Below, in pieces: positions 55,556 to 63,999 of a stretch of 64,000 nucleotides of DNA. The DNA lies in the IMG/VR virus record IMGVR_UViG_3300032092_000023, positions 7,509 through 71,508 of that record; one strand, 5' to 3'. The stretch's first letter is position 1, and the number at the start of each line of letters is the position of its first letter. The notes beneath the pieces are model-generated. The model was not told the DNA's origin, searched no databases, and saw only the letters and a program-made list of their open reading frames with translations. The position numbers and the translations under genes are program-made. Source of the DNA: a virus.

Positions 55556-56362
55556 TTACAATTCTTTATTTACTTCATCGCTATACGGATTCGTAAGATC
55601 GATTTCCCCGTTAGCTAACATTTGTTTTACTTTTGCAACTTCATCCGGACCAATGACAGGCATCTCTACTCTTGGCGGAGCACCTGGCATAATTTTCTTT
55701 GGTAAGGAATCAGCGTTTTTCATCATCAGAGCTTTGCCTTTTTCAAAATCTCCATTAGCACCTGGCATATTACCTAAGCTTTCTTTAACCTGTTCAGGCG
55801 TGATAGGGAACTTTCCTTGAATCCCATTTTCCAAAAAGTTGTCTAACAGGGCCCCGATGTTTTTTCCAGTAAAATCTTTAATGTTACCATCTCCGGAATT
55901 ACCACCGCGATTAAACATGCCAACAGTGATTGTATTTAATGCTGTTACTAAAGACTTGCCCGGTAAGTCAATTTGTGTTGCTTCTACTTTAGCGTTCGGA
56001 TCACATAAAAATGTAGCAGCCCATCGATGATGTCCATCCATAATGAAATTATCTTCGGAAACAATTGAGCCTAAATCACCACCAATTTTTGTAGGTTTGG
56101 CGTTTAACATGGTACCAATAGCCATCCCAATAGCCTTTTCAGCAATAATCTCTGTTTGTGCAGCTTGAAGATTTTTAACAGCAATGCTTGCTTTTTTTCC
56201 ACCTACTACGTCATCTTTTCGATCTCCGTCATTTCCACCTCTTCCAATAGAAGCATTTGCTGCTCTTTTGTTAATCCGGCTCAAGGGAACAACATCACGC
56301 ATTTTAAGAATCTCTATTGAGTCTTCTAGCAAATAACTTTCAAAGGTTTTTACATACTTCAT
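55556..56362 (-). CDS. Leader-bearing ParB/Srx-like domain protein
   Basis: MKYVKTFESYLLE; L.A.Q.EI...K, IVS.DN.IMDGHHRWAA. Confidence 0.78.
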   Translation of the reverse strand: MKYVKTFESYLLEDSIEILKMRDVVPLSRINKRAANASIGRGGNDGDRKDDVVGGKKASIAVKNLQAAQTEIIAEKAIGMAIGTMLNAKPTKIGGDLGSIVSEDNFIMDGHHRWAATFLCDPNAKVEATQIDLPGKSLVTALNTITVGMFNRGGNSGDGNIKDFTGKNIGALLDNFLENGIQGKFPITPEQVKESLGNMPGANGDFEKGKALMMKNADSLPKKIMPGAPPRVEMPVIGPDEVAKVKQMLANGEIDLTNPYSDEVNKEL

Positions 56363-56373
56363 TTTACTAGCCT

Positions 56374-56652
56374 TTATATTTTTTTAGAAAGATCTCTGTA
56401 ATTGGCAATTGCGGTTTCTAATTCTTTATCACCTTTATCTTTAGCCAGCTTTTTAATTTTTTTCCAAGAGGTTTCCGGAATGTCTCTCCCTATCTTCCCT
56501 AATATGTTGTTTGGACCAGTGTAATAGAGTTCCGAGTAGTTGTCTTTTATGTGATTCTTAACAATGTCTTGAAGCCCACCTAATTCCATAGCCTGTCCGT
56601 AGTTTAATGAAGCCTCAGTCAAGAAACTTTCAAAGGTGTGTATGTGTTTCAT
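56374..56652 (-). CDS. Leader-bearing hypothetical protein
   Basis: MKHIHTFESFLTE. Confidence 0.75.
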   Translation of the reverse strand: MKHIHTFESFLTEASLNYGQAMELGGLQDIVKNHIKDNYSELYYTGPNNILGKIGRDIPETSWKKIKKLAKDKGDKELETAIANYRDLSKKI

Positions 56653-56653
56653 A

Positions 56654-57121
56654 TTATGAGGATGTTTTTACCAATTCAAATACTACTCTGCATTCACTAA
56701 GAAAAACCTTGGTGTCAACCCAAATTGATCCTAAAGATTTGTTTTGACCGTTAGTAATATCAATCACGGTTAACAGTGTTGTGTTAACCTCTTCCTTTGG
56801 ATCTTTTCCTTGCCATCTTAATTGCGTATCGTTTAACCAATACTGGCTTTGATGCAAGCGATATGTTGGTCGATCTTTAGCGTTTCCGTTTGGCATAACT
56901 TCAAAAGATTGACCGTGAACAAACATGGTACCTCCTTCAAACTCCCAAATTCTCTCCATTGCTTCATCGGTAGTTTTTGCTGTTTTTGGCATTAACTTAG
57001 CAAAGAGCTTTTCATCAAGAGAATTTCCTCGATCTAATATGGCAGGCTTAAACGCTTTGTCCGTCCACTCATTAAGAGTGTTTTCATTTAAGAAACTTTC
57101 AAATGTATGTATGTGTTTCAT
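56654..57121 (-). CDS. Leader-bearing hypothetical protein
   Basis: MKHIHTFESFLNENTLNE. Confidence 0.75.
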   Translation of the reverse strand: MKHIHTFESFLNENTLNEWTDKAFKPAILDRGNSLDEKLFAKLMPKTAKTTDEAMERIWEFEGGTMFVHGQSFEVMPNGNAKDRPTYRLHQSQYWLNDTQLRWQGKDPKEEVNTTLLTVIDITNGQNKSLGSIWVDTKVFLSECRVVFELVKTSS

Positions 57122-57123
57122 AA

Positions 57124-57990
57124 CTAGTTTGCAGGCGTGCTCTTTTTTGGTTTACCCATTTGAACCAGGGCGGTTACCTCGTCATAAAGATCTTCAGCTT
57201 TCTTAACATCAGTCTTCATTATTTTGAAAAGACCATGTTTGCAATTGATCATAAAGTGATCAGCTGAGTCATATCCTTCAACAGAGAAATGTTCAGGTCC
57301 TGTCATAAAAGGAACACCGCGTCCTTGCACTGCCCATGACCTAATAGCTACAGTAGCACTTGGCGCATGAATTAACTTGGCAAACTTATCAAGAATTTTG
57401 TTTCCGGTAACCTTAACACCTTCAGGATAAGAATAGCCTTCATCAATTGATTCTTTAACAAATTTCTGCAATAGTTTCTTATTGGAATTAGGATCTTTAA
57501 TCAAATCTCTGATATCGTATTTCTCTTTTGAATTTCTATGCTGTACCAGGTAGTCCGCTAATTTTTTTGCATCAATATTATTGTCATCAATAAAATCTTG
57601 CGCGCCGTTTTGACCCGAACCTGTAATGTTGTGTATTAAAACCGCTTCTTGCGAAATTCCTTCATTCATAGATTCATTCATTTCAGTATCTAAAACTTTC
57701 TGAAACGATTTAGCATCGGTAACCTCTTCTCCAAATAACTCAATAGTTTCGTCATCTAGATTAATGTAGATTTCCGAACCTTGATACTTCATGTCAAGAA
57801 TGATAGTGCTATAGTTTTTGCCAATAGCAGTTCCTCCGCTAATTCTTTTCCCAGCTTTTTCTGCCCAAGTAGCAGCTTTCTTAACCAGTGAAGTTGCGGC
57901 CGGTCCTTTTCTTTTTGCAAAGTCCATTACATTAGATGGTACTGATGCAGCTTCATTTAAGAAGCTTTTAAATGTATGTAAGTGTTTCAT
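57124..57990 (-). CDS. Leader-bearing, apparently three-module hypothetical protein
   Basis: MKHLHTFKSFLNE; internal MNESMNE and VKESIDE. Confidence 0.75.
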   Translation of the reverse strand: MKHLHTFKSFLNEAASVPSNVMDFAKRKGPAATSLVKKAATWAEKAGKRISGGTAIGKNYSTIILDMKYQGSEIYINLDDETIELFGEEVTDAKSFQKVLDTEMNESMNEGISQEAVLIHNITGSGQNGAQDFIDDNNIDAKKLADYLVQHRNSKEKYDIRDLIKDPNSNKKLLQKFVKESIDEGYSYPEGVKVTGNKILDKFAKLIHAPSATVAIRSWAVQGRGVPFMTGPEHFSVEGYDSADHFMINCKHGLFKIMKTDVKKAEDLYDEVTALVQMGKPKKSTPAN

Positions 57991-58235
57991 CTTTCGTTAG
58001 CTTTTTGATTAATAATATCCCCGTGTTCGTCTGTTAGTTCATCTAACTGCTTGTCCGTTAATTTTTTACCGTCTTCAAATTCAGCGTAAGATGCGTATGC
58101 ATCTGCATAATCAGGGTGATCCCATTTATGAACGTCTTCCAATTCAATGCTATTATAGTTTACTGGCTTGCCATTAACCATAATGCCAGAGTTTCCTTCA
58201 TTTAAGAAACTTTCAAATGTATGTAAGTGTTTCAT
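57987..58235 (-). CDS. Leader-bearing hypothetical protein
   Basis: MKHLHTFESFLNE at 58235; D.PDYADAY..YAE..DG..LTD..LD.L. Confidence 0.75.
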   Translation of the reverse strand: MKHLHTFESFLNEGNSGIMVNGKPVNYNSIELEDVHKWDHPDYADAYASYAEFEDGKKLTDKQLDELTDEHGDIINQKANER

Positions 58236-58237
58236 TG

Positions 58238-58549
58238 TTATATTGCGGCTAGCATGTTTTGAATTTCCGGTGTTCTTAGCTCTGGTTCTTGCCCAAACTT
58301 CCATTTTATGTTGTCAATTATTTCAACAAAATTTGAACTAGGATCGATTTTTTGCATGGCAGCAAACTTACGGATTTCGCTTGCTAGCTTACTGTTTTTA
58401 ATCTTTGATAGAAGTTTGTCAACAAAATCTTCTACCTTAGCCATTTCAACTTTAAGTAATTCGTTTACTTCTGACTCGTTAGCCGAGTTTCTGCTTTCTT
58501 CGTTAAGCTGCTCATTTAAGAAGCTTTCGAATGTATGTATGTGTTTCAT
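58238..58549 (-). CDS. Leader-bearing hypothetical protein
   Basis: MKHIHTFESFLNEQLNE. Confidence 0.75.
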   Translation of the reverse strand: MKHIHTFESFLNEQLNEESRNSANESEVNELLKVEMAKVEDFVDKLLSKIKNSKLASEIRKFAAMQKIDPSSNFVEIIDNIKWKFGQEPELRTPEIQNMLAAI

Positions 58550-58564
58550 GTTTATTTTTATTTT

Positions 58565-58846
58565 TTATAGTTCATTTACTTCTTTGTGTGATTCATAAAC
58601 ATAAACCACCGAGTTTTCACTGCCGTCATAATCTACATCAAAGCCAGAAGAATCTGCAAGATCAATAAATCGGTCAAATGCCTTTTTATTCAATACGTAA
58701 TATGAATCGCCTTTAACATCTTTATAATCAATTTCTTTGCCAAATTTTGCTTGTAGCAGTTGATCTAACTTATCGTCATCAATACTAAATTTAATTTCAT
58801 CTTTACTTTCATGTAGAAAGCTTTCAAATGTATGTATATGTTTCAT
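58565..58846 (-). CDS. Leader-bearing hypothetical protein
   Basis: MKHIHTFESFLHE. Confidence 0.75.
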   Translation of the reverse strand: MKHIHTFESFLHESKDEIKFSIDDDKLDQLLQAKFGKEIDYKDVKGDSYYVLNKKAFDRFIDLADSSGFDVDYDGSENSVVYVYESHKEVNEL

Positions 58847-59502
58847 AGTGGAATATATTTTTCCGGGTGAGACGAAGATGACAGTTTTCCATTGTGAATA
58901 ACAAACTTATCATTTTGGATATCAGCTGTCCAATTCCCTTTTAAGCGGTTTCCTTGCTTTTTTATATATTCTAAATAAATTCTCCCTCTTTTGGTTTGTG
59001 CAATTGGTTTTCCTTCATCAGCGTCTTCCAATTTAGGAGCAATGTAAATATCTTGAACTTTAATCCATTGGATTGCTTGCAGTTCTTTCATTACTTCCTC
59101 TATAATGCTGGAAACTGTAGAAATGACTTTGAACTGTTCTCCAAAGTTAGTTATAGCTTCTTTTTCACTACCAACCACATCAAAAGAAATTCCGATGAAT
59201 ACATCGTAATCTTGTGGCTTGGCTGCGCCTGGACGTTGAAATGCTGGGATGTAATTGTATTCTTTAAATGCACCACCTATCTTAACTACATAAGTAGCTT
59301 TATCACTCTTAAATTCGTATGTAATAATTGGTAGACCAACAGAAGCACTTGAACTCCCTCTTTCATATGTTGCCATATCAGACATCCAAGTGGTAACTTT
59401 AACAGAACCTGTGCGTTTCCACATAAACGGGGTAACACCTTCGCCAATTTCATTTAGAGATTGCTCATTCAGAAAGTTCTCGTATGTCTTGACGTATTTC
59501 AT
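58843..59502 (-). CDS. Leader-bearing hypothetical protein
   Basis: MKYVKTYENFLNEQSLNE. Confidence 0.75.
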   Translation of the reverse strand: MKYVKTYENFLNEQSLNEIGEGVTPFMWKRTGSVKVTTWMSDMATYERGSSSASVGLPIITYEFKSDKATYVVKIGGAFKEYNYIPAFQRPGAAKPQDYDVFIGISFDVVGSEKEAITNFGEQFKVISTVSSIIEEVMKELQAIQWIKVQDIYIAPKLEDADEGKPIAQTKRGRIYLEYIKKQGNRLKGNWTADIQNDKFVIHNGKLSSSSHPEKYIPL

Positions 59503-59686
59503 TTTCTTTACGAATTATTTTGAAGCAATCATCTAACTTTGCCAACCGATAATTAATAAAGCGATCATCTTCTCGCTTAATCTTAACGTATATGTAGTTT
59601 TCTTCGGTTATCCAAAATCCTACTACTTCAGCTTTTTTTCCATCAACAAGAACACATGTATCTTGAATGTTTATACCGTCTCTCAT
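59465..59686 (-). CDS. Hypothetical protein
   Basis: 73 aa, overlapping both neighbours. Confidence 0.55.
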   Translation of the reverse strand: MRDGINIQDTCVLVDGKKAEVVGFWITEENYIYVKIKREDDRFINYRLAKLDDCFKIIRKENEIRQDIRELSE

Positions 59687-60285
59687 GCTAGATAGCCAGA
59701 TATAAATTTTCCTTCTTCAACAAAGTGGGCAAACTTGTGAATGACTTCTTCATCAATATCAGATATGTTAAATCCAACAAGAAACCCTACTAGATCTCCT
59801 TTTATACAGAGAATGGGAGTAGTAATTAACTGCTGAATTCCTTGGTCATGAAATTCTTTGCGATCTTTATGGTTAAGATCATCTGTTCTTGTCTCAAAAC
59901 AACGGCTCTTAACCATCTTGCTAACCCACCAAGGATACTCGCTGGCTAAAATGTTTTGTGAATATCTCTTAGTCTTTTCGTAACCCGGTGCCGTTGATTC
60001 GTAAGTCATTGACATCTTTTTCATTGACTTACCTTGAAAGAACTTTCCTCCGTTATGAAACTGATAGATTGCGGCTCGCTCAAAATTATTCTTTTCCCGA
60101 AAAACGTCTAGCCAATCTTGGATGGTAACCATCATTCCTAATTCTTCAGCTGTCATTTTTTCTTCTTTGACAACTTCATTGGACTTTTTCTTGCGATCCA
60201 ACCAATCTTTAACAACCACCGTAATGATTGCCACCGTGATTGATGACACACCCGCAATAACCGCTATGACAATGGAATCGCTCAT
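59683..60285 (-). CDS. N-terminal TM plus GAF-like domain protein; candidate T4 gp t-type holin
   Basis: One TM helix, then R..I.QFHNGG.F..G.SM.K.S.TYE and PI....G.LVGF (GAF-like). Confidence 0.55.
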   Translation of the reverse strand: MSDSIVIAVIAGVSSITVAIITVVVKDWLDRKKKSNEVVKEEKMTAEELGMMVTIQDWLDVFREKNNFERAAIYQFHNGGKFFQGKSMKKMSMTYESTAPGYEKTKRYSQNILASEYPWWVSKMVKSRCFETRTDDLNHKDRKEFHDQGIQQLITTPILCIKGDLVGFLVGFNISDIDEEVIHKFAHFVEEGKFISGYLA

Positions 60286-60301
60286 CTTCCTCTACCTTTG
60301 T

Positions 60302-60898
60302 TTACTTTTTCATTAGGCTTTCTTTTGAAGCATCTTTCTTCTGTACTTGTTGTTCTTGCCATTTCTTAAGCCACTTTCTGTAATCTTCATAGCTCATAAT
60401 GCCAAGTTTTCCGTCATCATCTCCGTTATCAAACCGGTCTCCTGATCCTACGTTTCCTGCAGAGGGAGGTGTTACATTACCCATCCCCGGTGTTCCTTGC
60501 GGAGTTGCTACGCCCGGCAGCCCTAAAACAGCGCCTTCATTGGTATCTTCTTCTTCCTTTTCTTTGTCTTCTTTCGTTGAAATAAAGTCAAGAAACGACT
60601 GTATCATATTGTCTTGGCGATCACGAAGAGTTGATACCCATTGTGTTGCAATGTTTTGCGGATAACTGTTAAGACGTGGAAAAGGACCAGCACTGAGAAA
60701 CCCAGTAAGTCCGCTTTCTTTTACTTTATTAGGTAAACCTTCATGTGAAGTTGCCGCATAATCATGAAGTTGTTTCAAGGTCATACCAGCTGCCAAATCT
60801 TTTACTTCTTGGCTAGCTTCAGTAGATTTCATTTCGCCTTTCTTTAAGGCGTAGGCCATAGCCATAAGTTGTTGTTGCGCGACAGATTTTGATGGCAT
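60302..60898 (-). CDS. DUF3008-like N-terminal domain protein
   Basis: MPSKS.AQQ.LM.MA.A.KKGE.....A...V...A..MT.KQL.DYA.T.H.GLP. Confidence 0.7.
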   Translation of the reverse strand: MPSKSVAQQQLMAMAYALKKGEMKSTEASQEVKDLAAGMTLKQLHDYAATSHEGLPNKVKESGLTGFLSAGPFPRLNSYPQNIATQWVSTLRDRQDNMIQSFLDFISTKEDKEKEEEDTNEGAVLGLPGVATPQGTPGMGNVTPPSAGNVGSGDRFDNGDDDGKLGIMSYEDYRKWLKKWQEQQVQKKDASKESLMKK

Positions 60899-60899
60899 G

Positions 60900-61244
60900 T
60901 TAAACGGTTTTTTGTTTCATTATAGACTCATGGACTCTTCTTCCCATTGCTGACAGTCTATAAATTTTTTCACCGTTTCTTTCAGCAATCTTAAAATAAG
61001 CAGTGTTTTTGTTTAACCATTTGCGGCTAACATTTCTTCCGGATTCTTCATTAACTGTCTTAAAAAAGTTTATCATTTCTTTGTGAGAAACACGCCCTTT
61101 TTCATTAACAAATGAGAGGATTTTTTCTCGCATGGGTGCTCGGTCAGAAACCGCTCGCTCAGGATACGCTTCCGTGTATTTTCGTTTAACCACCACGCGG
61201 CTCTCATTTAACATGAATTCTTGAAAAGATAATACTAAATTCAT
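60900..61244 (-). CDS. Leader-like, basic winged-helix-like protein
   Basis: MNLVLSFQEFMLNE; REKIL.FV..KG.V...E....Y.LS..G.R; GATATATA at 61270-61277. Confidence 0.65.
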   Translation of the reverse strand: MNLVLSFQEFMLNESRVVVKRKYTEAYPERAVSDRAPMREKILSFVNEKGRVSHKEMINFFKTVNEESGRNVSRKWLNKNTAYFKIAERNGEKIYRLSAMGRRVHESIMKQKTV

Positions 61245-61275
61245 TTATCTTAAAGATTTTTTCTCGATGTATATA

Positions 61276-63012
61276 TCAACGATATGTGAACTGATCAAAG
61301 GAAGATTTCATTTCCATCCAGTATGGGTGATACTCTGACGGACAGACGTTGCAAAATTCTTTATACGAATCCTTTTCCAAAGATGAAAGAAACTCGCGTT
61401 TGGTGTTCTTATGGTAAACAACTTTCATCTTAGGAAGCTCGTCTAATTGCGATGCCTTTAGAGAAAGAAGGTCTTTTTCAAAAAAGTCACGTTTTTCTGA
61501 TGCAATAGAGACTAAGGCTGGTGAGAATCCCGGTTTCATCTTCTTTAACATATAAGAGATAAAAGGTTCGTCCATAAAGTAATATCCTATGAAGAGGTCA
61601 TCGCGTTCAGCAACTAAGCTGTCTAATATTTTTCTTAAAGTTGGCTCGGAAAGAGAGAACGATCGCTTTGCGGAAAACACATCATGAAAAAGAATAATTC
61701 GTTGACCAGTTTCTTGCTGTAATCGTTCAGCTTCTTTAATGATATTATTAGTCATTTGCGAGCAATTAGCTATAATGACATTAACTTTTTCTTTTCCGTC
61801 AAGAGGTTTTCTAGGCCCGGCAAAAAAACTTTGTAAAAGAATTACTGCTTTTTCTACATCAACGGTTGCCAGCTTTTCTGGGATATCTTCATCATTTTCT
61901 TTTAGAATGCTATTAAATTCCAAGAAGCTAAAATCATCAGAAACCACGCGGTCAATCTCTTCAATTTTGTTATTAAAACGTGTGGTTACTGCTTCTGTTA
62001 GCAGACCGCTAGGATATTTAGGTTTCTTTAAGTTGGTTAAGAAAATTGTTAGAAGGTATGAATACTTACTGTTGTTTTCAATAAGAGCCTGTGTCTTAGG
62101 ATTCTTAATCCACTTCTTATTAATTCTTCCGCTATTTTTTAAGAAATCTGGACGGTCAAGCTCAGACATAAGAAAGTCAGATCCTCTCTTTTCTACAAAG
62201 TCATTAAATATTTCGGTAACAACTTCAATGTATGCTTCATCAGGATGCAATGAAACGCTTTTCATTCCTGCTATGTTATAGCTTGCAATATGTTCGCAGA
62301 TCTCTAAAAGTAGAATATCAAATAAGTGACTGCGTTTATCTCGGGTATCTTCATACGCAACATCAGAAACTTTAAAGAGTGTGTTTCCGCTCTCAAAGAC
62401 AAGAGCCTCAATTTCTGATGAAGATTTATTTAGAAGTCCTTGCGTGTAGACTTGTGATTCGTTTAGCGACTGCAGAGTGTAATCATGCTTCGCCATTTCC
62501 AATAAAGAATCTACGGTTTGACTATCAAGTACACCCGTAAAGACAGGCTGCGATGATTCGGCTAAAAAAAGATTTGACCAGCGATCAAATACAATTTGCT
62601 CTTTAACTTCATGTGTAACTTCCCACTGGCGATTACGAATAGTAATGTCCGTAAGAATTAATCCGTTTCTTGGTTGGCGATCATATTCGGTATTAAGAGG
62701 TTTCTTATTAGGAAACCATGAAAAGCCAAAGCGATGACGAACCGGCATCGCGCGTTTTACTTCCGCGGGCAGCGATTCAATATGATTAATCGCTGCTTCA
62801 TAGAGATCGCTAACTGTGCGATCAATTTTGGATAAAGGTGTTTTACCGTTCTTACCATAGTAGTAGATCTTGTAGTCGTGTGGGTTCTTTTCAAACGCAA
62901 AGCGATATGCATCGAACTTTTCTGTTACTCTAATCTCTCCACTTAGTACCTCACGGAGACCTTTTTCTCCGACCTTTTTGTAGAGGTCCCGAATGTTTTT
63001 GATTCCGGCCAT
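61276..63012 (-). CDS. Ligase-like nucleotidyltransferase-fold protein with degenerate motifs and a C-terminal Rossmann-like domain
   Basis: VTEKFDA (KxDG-like), QPVF.G.L, IEALVF, FKV correspond to ligase motifs I, IIIa, IV and V. Confidence 0.5.
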   Translation of the reverse strand: MAGIKNIRDLYKKVGEKGLREVLSGEIRVTEKFDAYRFAFEKNPHDYKIYYYGKNGKTPLSKIDRTVSDLYEAAINHIESLPAEVKRAMPVRHRFGFSWFPNKKPLNTEYDRQPRNGLILTDITIRNRQWEVTHEVKEQIVFDRWSNLFLAESSQPVFTGVLDSQTVDSLLEMAKHDYTLQSLNESQVYTQGLLNKSSSEIEALVFESGNTLFKVSDVAYEDTRDKRSHLFDILLLEICEHIASYNIAGMKSVSLHPDEAYIEVVTEIFNDFVEKRGSDFLMSELDRPDFLKNSGRINKKWIKNPKTQALIENNSKYSYLLTIFLTNLKKPKYPSGLLTEAVTTRFNNKIEEIDRVVSDDFSFLEFNSILKENDEDIPEKLATVDVEKAVILLQSFFAGPRKPLDGKEKVNVIIANCSQMTNNIIKEAERLQQETGQRIILFHDVFSAKRSFSLSEPTLRKILDSLVAERDDLFIGYYFMDEPFISYMLKKMKPGFSPALVSIASEKRDFFEKDLLSLKASQLDELPKMKVVYHKNTKREFLSSLEKDSYKEFCNVCPSEYHPYWMEMKSSFDQFTYR

Positions 63013-63075
63013 TTATATATGTTTTAAGTTGTTTATCTGTGTTAGGTTTTTCTGTTAGCGTTATTCAGTAAGGTT

Positions 63076-63870
63076 TTAAAAATCAAATTTTACCTTTGCG
63101 TCTGGGAATAGAGGTTTTAGCAGTTTAGGTAGTTCTGTCTTAACATTTTTCTTTGCCTGCTCAATGTCTTTTAATGGCTTGCCAAAGTCGGTGATTACAT
63201 CAAGGTACGGATCTTGATAAACAAAACCAGCCTTTTCTATAGATTGATTAATGTTCTTGATGAATGCAGTTAACTTATTGAGATCATCACCTCGCACACC
63301 TACAAAATCTCGACTTTTTCTTGCTAAGACTTTACCATCATTCAATTTAATTTCTATATCAAATCTTACATACGAATAGCCAGCTTCAAAATATTCTTTG
63401 GCACGAATTCCTTTGCTTTTAATAAACTCTGGATTTGAAAGAATAATTTCAGCAGCAACCAACGGTGTCATCTTTTCCAAGTTATCCGCATAAATGGTTA
63501 AAGCCTTTTTTACTTCTTTGAATTCTACGGTATTAGGCGTGTCAGAAAGTATCGTCTTTTTGCTTGTGTAGCCTTTTTCCATTACCGTAATAAAGTTTCT
63601 TACGCTTGCTGGATCATCAACATCGATTTTATTTGCTGCATTATAAGGGTCTTCTCGGCTGTCAAGCGCAATCGATAGTTCACTCTTAGAATCGTCAAGA
63701 TCGCTATTCCATTGGGTATCTGCTTCATTACGATCCTTAATTTTTTTATACTTCATGTAGGCTGCCATCTCAGCATCTTCCACTGTACCCCAAACCCAAT
63801 TTGTATCAAGGACACCGGTATTGCCAAGTTTTTCATTTAAGAAACCTTCAAATGTATGTATATGCTTCAT
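63076..63870 (-). CDS. Leader-bearing hypothetical protein
   Basis: MKHIHTFEGFLNE. Confidence 0.75.
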   Translation of the reverse strand: MKHIHTFEGFLNEKLGNTGVLDTNWVWGTVEDAEMAAYMKYKKIKDRNEADTQWNSDLDDSKSELSIALDSREDPYNAANKIDVDDPASVRNFITVMEKGYTSKKTILSDTPNTVEFKEVKKALTIYADNLEKMTPLVAAEIILSNPEFIKSKGIRAKEYFEAGYSYVRFDIEIKLNDGKVLARKSRDFVGVRGDDLNKLTAFIKNINQSIEKAGFVYQDPYLDVITDFGKPLKDIEQAKKNVKTELPKLLKPLFPDAKVKFDF

Positions 63871-63882
63871 AGCTGTTAGTTT

Positions 63883-63999
63883 TTATATGAATTCAACTTT
63901 GCTAAATGGTTCGTTAGCTGTGTCACGATTAATAGTACCGGAAATTAGTTGTGCAAGATGTGCTTCAGCATCTGATTGCAAACTTTGGCCTCTATTCCC
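63883..63999 (-). CDS. 3' end of a gene entering from the right edge
   Basis: ...GNRGQSLQSDAEAHLAQLISGTINRDTANEPFSKVEFI* with TAA at 63883-63885. Confidence 0.55.
   Translation of the reverse strand, partial: GNRGQSLQSDAEAHLAQLISGTINRDTANEPFSKVEFI

Larger units (their letters stand above)
54830..59502 (-). repeat. Array of ten genes each starting with a ~39-bp dispersed repeat
   Basis: Consensus ATGAAACACATACATACATTTGAAAGTTTCTTAAATGAA at gene starts 55201, 55554, 56652, 57121, 57990, 58235, 58549, 58846, with more diverged copies at 56362 and 59502. Confidence 0.9.

Noticed and set aside
54830-59502. CRISPR array interpretation of the ~39-bp repeats
   Set aside because: The repeats are in-frame gene starts separated by 250-870 bp of coding sequence, and no cas genes are present.
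4785-62281. Many other short plus-strand and nested alternative-frame ORFs in the track
   Set aside because: They overlap well-supported minus-strand genes and show no motifs or promoters.
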